NCBI GenBank assembly: GCA_039208735.1
Contig: JBCCQY010000006.1
Location: 32,001 to 96,000, forward strand
Source: Myxococcota bacterium
GTDB lineage: Bacteria; Myxococcota_A; UBA796; GCA-2862545
Length of the DNA: 64,000 nt
Reading direction: 5' to 3'
A model generated the notes under the pieces. It did not search any database and was not told where the DNA came from. It saw nothing but the letters and a program-made list of their open reading frames with translations. Numbering within the stretch: position 1 is the stretch's first letter; each line of letters starts with the position of its first letter. Below, one piece after another: positions 59,433-64,000 of the stretch. The translations under genes were made by a program, and so were the position numbers.

Positions 59433-60632
59433 ATGGCGCGTTGTTGGATGGCTGGCCCATGGTTGGGATGGGCCCTTTTGGCTGGTTGCACAAGTGATCC
59501 CGAGCCCATGGGTGGCAACCCGGCGCCCGCCGGTCCGCTGTATGGGCTGTCGGCGCTCATCCCAGGGGATGTTCGAACGTCGTACCTGGCGTTCGTAGAT
59601 CGGCTTGATGCCGACCTCGAGATTGACCTTAGCGATACGCTCGAGATTCCTAATGCGGGCCTTGCGATTGCTGCTCCCGAACCCGATCGGTTCTTCCTCA
59701 TCGATGGGCAAGCGCCGCAAGTGAGTCGATGGACCCTTGGCGAGGACGGCACGCCGAATCTCATGGGGCAGCTCTCGTTTGCTCAGATTAGCCCCAGCGC
59801 AAACTCTGCTCGTCCCGCAAACTTTGCCTACACCGCTCCTACGCGGGGCTATGTGTTCGACACTCTCATCGAAGACCTGGTACTTTGGAACCCCCAAGAT
59901 CTCGCCATTGAAGGGGTCGTTAGCCTCGAAGAAGAGATCGATTTCGGTGGGTTTTTCGCGTCTGTCGGTTCCCGAACGGTGTGGCGTGGCGATGAACTCG
60001 TCGTCCCCATGACATCCTTCATGTTCACGGGAAGCATTGGGCCAACGTCACGCCTACTGTTCATCGACTCTGCGACCGACGCCGTATCGCAGGTGGTGGA
60101 GATCGGCTGTGCGGGGGTGAGCCACGTCATCGTCACCGAGGATGGCACGCTGTACGCCGGTTCGGATTCCTCTTCGATCACGAACCGCCTTGCGGAGCTA
60201 AGCGACGGGGACGAATGCATCGTCCGCATTCCCCCTGGTTCCTATGAGATCGAAGAGCGTACGCTGATTGCCGAACGGACCGGCGGTGTGCCAGCCGGAG
60301 GCCTCTACCCATCTTCTGGCACGTATGCCTACATGCGTGTGTTGGACGAAAGTCTTGTCCCCGATGGACCGAGCACGATTGGTGAACTTAACGGTACGCC
60401 GCTGTGGCATTGGGGACGCATCGATCTTGCGGGTACCGAGGACGTCGAGGTGTTCACGGACCGAGATCCGGTGGCCCAGTCCCCCCTTGCCTTTGTAGTT
60501 GATGATGTGACGTGGGCGGTCGAACCTGGTGCGGATCTCGCAAGTGGGCGTTTGGTGGATCTGTCCGGTGAAGAGCCGGTTTCCGGTGTTGAACTACGGG
60601 GGATCGTTCTGAACGCCTTCCGTATTCGATGA
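59433..60632 (+). CDS. MxcI/DUF4374-like lipoprotein, paralogue 3
   Basis: LAGC lipobox; RGYV, WNPQDLAI, IGC, GTLYA, ECIVRIPPG. Confidence 0.75.
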   Translation: MARCWMAGPWLGWALLAGCTSDPEPMGGNPAPAGPLYGLSALIPGDVRTSYLAFVDRLDADLEIDLSDTLEIPNAGLAIAAPEPDRFFLIDGQAPQVSRWTLGEDGTPNLMGQLSFAQISPSANSARPANFAYTAPTRGYVFDTLIEDLVLWNPQDLAIEGVVSLEEEIDFGGFFASVGSRTVWRGDELVVPMTSFMFTGSIGPTSRLLFIDSATDAVSQVVEIGCAGVSHVIVTEDGTLYAGSDSSSITNRLAELSDGDECIVRIPPGSYEIEERTLIAERTGGVPAGGLYPSSGTYAYMRVLDESLVPDGPSTIGELNGTPLWHWGRIDLAGTEDVEVFTDRDPVAQSPLAFVVDDVTWAVEPGADLASGRLVDLSGEEPVSGVELRGIVLNAFRIR

Positions 60633-60642
60633 GGCTACAGAC

Positions 60643-61305
60643 TCAAGACGGAAGCTTGCTTGCGATGCCATCGAGCAGTAGGTCGAGGCCAAGTTCAAAT
60701 CCCTGTTCGCGAAACTGGAGGTGCGGTCCATTCTCAGTCCACGACGTCTCGCGGCGTTCGGGGAACACCACCGCCCAGCCGAGGGCGTGCATCGACAACA
60801 CCCCAAAGAACAGACGTGCGGTTTGAGTATCGAAGCCCGCCTGGCTTAGGCATTGGACCACCGCCTGCACGACAGGGCCTGTCTCGTCTTGGTGCAAGTC
60901 GGGGGGCAGGTTCTGCGCCGCCGCGGTGAGTCCGGGAAACGCCGCCGCATGTGCCCGACTGGCGACACACCAACGCCGTAGATCCTCTCGCCAATTGCCG
61001 GTGTGGGGCGGCTTTTGCCAGCGGCGCTGCCACTCAGCCACCGCATCGGCCAGCAGGTGATCGGCGGTGGGGGCGAGTCGATAGAGGGCGCGAACCGAGA
61101 CGTTCAACCGCTGAGCCACCTGCTGCCTGGTGAGCCCTTCGACTCCTTCGTCTCTGATCACATCGAGCGTAGCCGCCGCCATGTTCGACGGGGTCAGTTC
61201 GGTCCCCGCGACCGGTCGGCCGCCGCGTGCAGATCGACGAGAACCCCGGGATCGATTGGTCACCGCAATGACTAACCAACGATAGCCGTCAAGAGTGAGA
61301 TGCAT
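60643..61305 (-). CDS. TetR family regulator with TetR_C-type C-terminal domain (start uncertain)
   Basis: GRP..ELT...EGVEGLT..VAQRLNVSVRALY; WREDLR; FELGLDLLLDGI. Confidence 0.88.
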   Translation of the reverse strand: MHLTLDGYRWLVIAVTNRSRGSRRSARGGRPVAGTELTPSNMAAATLDVIRDEGVEGLTRQQVAQRLNVSVRALYRLAPTADHLLADAVAEWQRRWQKPPHTGNWREDLRRWCVASRAHAAAFPGLTAAAQNLPPDLHQDETGPVVQAVVQCLSQAGFDTQTARLFFGVLSMHALGWAVVFPERRETSWTENGPHLQFREQGFELGLDLLLDGIASKLPS

Positions 61306-61324
61306 ACTTCATGTAGTATGAAGT
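61303..61324. promoter_or_regulatory. Dyad, candidate TetR operator
   Basis: CATACTTCATGTAGTATG and overlapping ACTTCAT-N5-ATGAAGT between divergent genes. Confidence 0.55.
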
Positions 61325-61379
61325 TAGTGCTGCCGCGCTCTGCACGGGCGCGGTGGTCCTGCTAGCCAATGAGGTCCGA

Positions 61380-61919
61380 ATGTTTTCTTTTCGCTTGCAA
61401 TGGGGTGACATCTTGCGCCACGGGCTCGTCTTGAGCGCCGGCTTCACCGCGGTGGTCTTGCTGTCCTACTGGATCGAACCGCTTGTCTGGGCGAATGACT
61501 TTCCACCCGAAGTACAGGACGCCCTTGGCCCTATCCCTCCGTCTGCGCGTTGGTTTGGCGTCGTTGTCTTCGTGTCCATCTTGAGCATGCTGTTCGGGGT
61601 TCCCTACCGACTCGGACGCAAGCTGCGGAAGCAGGGTGGCGAGGCGTCCAGCTTCGCAAGTGTGTTCATCCACGCTCTTTTGGTGCTGATGCTGCTCAAC
61701 GTCTGGGATCTTCTCGTGGTCGACATCTTCATCTTTGGGGTTCTGAAGCCCGACTTCATGATGATTGTCGAGGCGAAGGAGTGGTTGGTGGAGAATGTGA
61801 CCACAGCCTTCCACGTTCAGGCCTTTTTCATCGGAGTGCCCATACTAGTCGCAATTGCCCTCGCTGCTTCGGCGTGCGCGGCTACCGCACCCGGTCAAAC
61901 TGCAGCACTTCTCCGGTGA
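61380..61919 (+). CDS. Four-TM hypothetical membrane protein
   Basis: GAGG RBS; four hydrophobic segments; WxxDFPPEVQ and NVWDL..D motifs. Confidence 0.75.
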   Translation: MFSFRLQWGDILRHGLVLSAGFTAVVLLSYWIEPLVWANDFPPEVQDALGPIPPSARWFGVVVFVSILSMLFGVPYRLGRKLRKQGGEASSFASVFIHALLVLMLLNVWDLLVVDIFIFGVLKPDFMMIVEAKEWLVENVTTAFHVQAFFIGVPILVAIALAASACAATAPGQTAALLR

Positions 61920-63060
61920 CGGTCAAGCTCTCACGGGCCATGCCCTGCTCCACTTCGTACAGCGTGCTGGTGCCATCTTCGGCGTCTTCGCGGTGCACAA
62001 AGAGGCGATTGTCTACGGCAAATGGAGGGAAGGTCAGGGCGCTCGGTGGGATGTCGAGAGACCGGGATTCCCCAGCGGGAAGATCGAGGAGCACCCAGTC
62101 CCAGATTTCCGAAAACGTCAGATCCCGCGGGTCCTCGACCGTTTTTGGATCGAACGACTCGTCGATCACCCGCGTCACGGCTTGCCCAGATGAGAGACCC
62201 GCAAATGCGCCGACCTGCACCACACCGGTCAGCGCACGCACATCGACGTAGTAATTCGGGTCAAAGGTGTTGGCCCCAGCGGGCACCCGAAGCACGCAGG
62301 GAGGGGGGAGGTCTTGCCCGCCGAGGATGGCGTAGCGGCCGTCGCCATTGTCGCCGAGCACGTAGAGTGCTCCGTCATCTCCGACGAAGGACCCTCCCGC
62401 CACGGCGCATCGGGCATCCTCAAAGATGCCCTGGACGGCTCCCGTGACCACATCGAACGCGAGGACCGCGAGCACGGGTTCGGCCTGGACGGCAAAGTCA
62501 TCGGTCCATGAGATGGTGACGAAGGCACGGTCACCCGCCCGATGGATGTCGGTTGCTTCGATGTCGAAGCCCTCGCGAGTGATGCCTTCGATCGGAATGG
62601 GCTCTCCGATCACCATCTCGGTTGGATTCCACGGCACAATCAGAGGAACATCCGTGGCCACATAGTACGCAAGTTCAGGAGAGATGAATAGGAACAATGG
62701 GCGAAAACCGTTGAGGCCGAGGTTCGCCATGCTCAACGTCTGGCCCGCCGTTAGCGTGAGGTCAGCGGCGACGTCGTAGCGGGTGATTTGCAGCGACTCC
62801 GCATCCATTGCGAACACGGCTCCGTCGAACGTGTAAGACCGCGAAAAGCCATTCAGCTCGATCGAGCGTGCCAAGTCCAGGGGGCGAGCTTCGAGATCGG
62901 GTTCGACCGAGATGTAGAACGTGCGGCCACTTGGGGTGCGAATCCGACTCCCCACCACATAGGCAGGCCCGCCGTCGGAAGGGGAAGCCATCGGCTCTGG
63001 TTCCCCCTCGGTTGTGCATGCGATGGTCGCCGCGATCATGGCAACTTGTACGCTTCGCAT
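61882..63060 (-). CDS. MxcI/DUF4374-like lipoprotein, paralogue 4
   Basis: GGAGG RBS; TIAC lipobox; LAYY, WNPTEMVI, DARC, GALYV, PPCVLRV..G..FDPNY. Confidence 0.75.
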   Translation of the reverse strand: MRSVQVAMIAATIACTTEGEPEPMASPSDGGPAYVVGSRIRTPSGRTFYISVEPDLEARPLDLARSIELNGFSRSYTFDGAVFAMDAESLQITRYDVAADLTLTAGQTLSMANLGLNGFRPLFLFISPELAYYVATDVPLIVPWNPTEMVIGEPIPIEGITREGFDIEATDIHRAGDRAFVTISWTDDFAVQAEPVLAVLAFDVVTGAVQGIFEDARCAVAGGSFVGDDGALYVLGDNGDGRYAILGGQDLPPPCVLRVPAGANTFDPNYYVDVRALTGVVQVGAFAGLSSGQAVTRVIDESFDPKTVEDPRDLTFSEIWDWVLLDLPAGESRSLDIPPSALTFPPFAVDNRLFVHREDAEDGTSTLYEVEQGMARESLTVTGEVLQFDRVR

Positions 63061-63099
63061 TCTGTCCTCCGCCTCCGACGTAGCGTTCTCTATCGAAAC

Positions 63100-63114
63100 T
63101 GAAATTCATTTTCA
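63100..63114. promoter_or_regulatory. Fur-type box between divergent paralogues 4 and 5
   Basis: Minus strand TGAAAATGAATTTCA, 14/15 match to the core of the 57957 palindrome. Confidence 0.7.
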
Positions 63115-63150
63115 TGTGATAGGCAGGTGCAGCGATTCAAGGAGGAGACG

Positions 63151-64000
63151 ATGCGCAGCTTGCTGCTCGCTTCAGGCCTCATGGCCCTGGCGTGTGTGGA
63201 AGAGGGGCCGGTGCCCGAAGGGTCTACCGAAGTCTTGACAGAGCCTTTGTTCGCGGTGGTGGTACGGTTGCAAGGCGAGGGCGGAAGTGCGGTCGTGCTG
63301 CTCGAGAATCCGCTGACGCCTACCGATCTCGATCTCTCGAACGCCTTGCCGCTGCCTGGCAATGGAGCGGTCTTCGGTCATCCGCTTGAGCCCTCGACAT
63401 TGTTCGTATTCTCGGGCGATACCGGCGTGTTGACGCGGTTTCGCATTCGTGGGGACCGAACCTTCGCAGCCGACGGTGAGATGGCTTTTACACAGCTGCA
63501 AACATCGCTTCGGTTCTTCAGTTCCAACCACTTCACGATTCTCAGTTCCACGGAAGCGTACCTCTTCGATCCGGTGGCGGGCGAGCTTCGGTTGTGGGAT
63601 CCGGACGCCATGGTGCTTCGAGGGCGCATCGTGCTTGCGCGAGATCTGGTTCCCGGTCCGCTTCTCTTTCCGGTGGTCGGCTTTGACCAACACGTCGTCG
63701 GTGATGAGCTGTTCACCACCGTCGCGTTCGCCAACTCCATCGAGGATGTGGCGGATCGGACGAGCCTGGTGACCGTCACGGATATCAAGCGAGGCGAACT
63801 GTCGGAGATCGTGGCGATCAATACCTGTGGGTACGTCCGCCACAGCTGGCTCACCGCTGAAGGAGACCTGCTGTTTGGAACGGATGCCTTTTCCACTGCC
63901 GTTGGTGTGGCGTCGGAAGGGCAACGCAGCGGTCCATCCTGCATCATGGCATTTGATCCCGTGACGAAGGTGCAGCGGTCCACACCGGTACTTGCGGCCG
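63151..64000 (+). CDS. MxcI/DUF4374-like lipoprotein, paralogue 5; runs off the window and is absent from the ORF track
   Basis: AAGGAGG RBS; hand translation MRSLLLASGLMALAC...EAYL, WDPDAMVL, NTC, GDLLF, PSCIM; no stop before the window end. Confidence 0.75.
   Translation, partial: MRSLLLASGLMALACVEEGPVPEGSTEVLTEPLFAVVVRLQGEGGSAVVLLENPLTPTDLDLSNALPLPGNGAVFGHPLEPSTLFVFSGDTGVLTRFRIRGDRTFAADGEMAFTQLQTSLRFFSSNHFTILSSTEAYLFDPVAGELRLWDPDAMVLRGRIVLARDLVPGPLLFPVVGFDQHVVGDELFTTVAFANSIEDVADRTSLVTVTDIKRGELSEIVAINTCGYVRHSWLTAEGDLLFGTDAFSTAVGVASEGQRSGPSCIMAFDPVTKVQRSTPVLAA

Overview
GC-rich bacterial chromosomal segment, probably from a Myxococcota-type organism. This is inferred from the abundant Cys/Asp-rich lipoproteins, a TIGR02147-like gene, kinase-ATPase-TPR proteins and MxcI-like proteins. 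It holds about 55 genes, mostly secreted or lipoprotein accessory genes, plus thrS. No rRNA, tRNA, CRISPR array or transposase was recognised. The strongest theme is metal handling. (1) One 21-bp palindrome (TATTGCAAYTNAGTTGCAATA, Zur-like) precedes both a ZigA-like COG0523 GTPase and a DUF1636-cbiMN-cbiQO-COG0523-WD40 operon, which would put a cobalt/nickel-type ECF transporter under a zinc-type operator. (2) At 54.6-64 kb, five divergent MxcI/DUF4374-like lipoproteins lie with a PepSY-TM gene, two TetR regulators and three Fur-type boxes. (3) A protoglobin with an apparent lipoprotein signal is translationally coupled to a CxxC redoxin behind a tandem operator. (4) A SoxR-like MerR regulator faces a MerF-like fusion gene. 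Also present are shuffled TSP3-repeat surface paralogues, a possible 10-bladed propeller, an 8-Cys repeat lipoprotein and three frameshifted genes. All family calls come from motif recognition by eye; no database searches were run.
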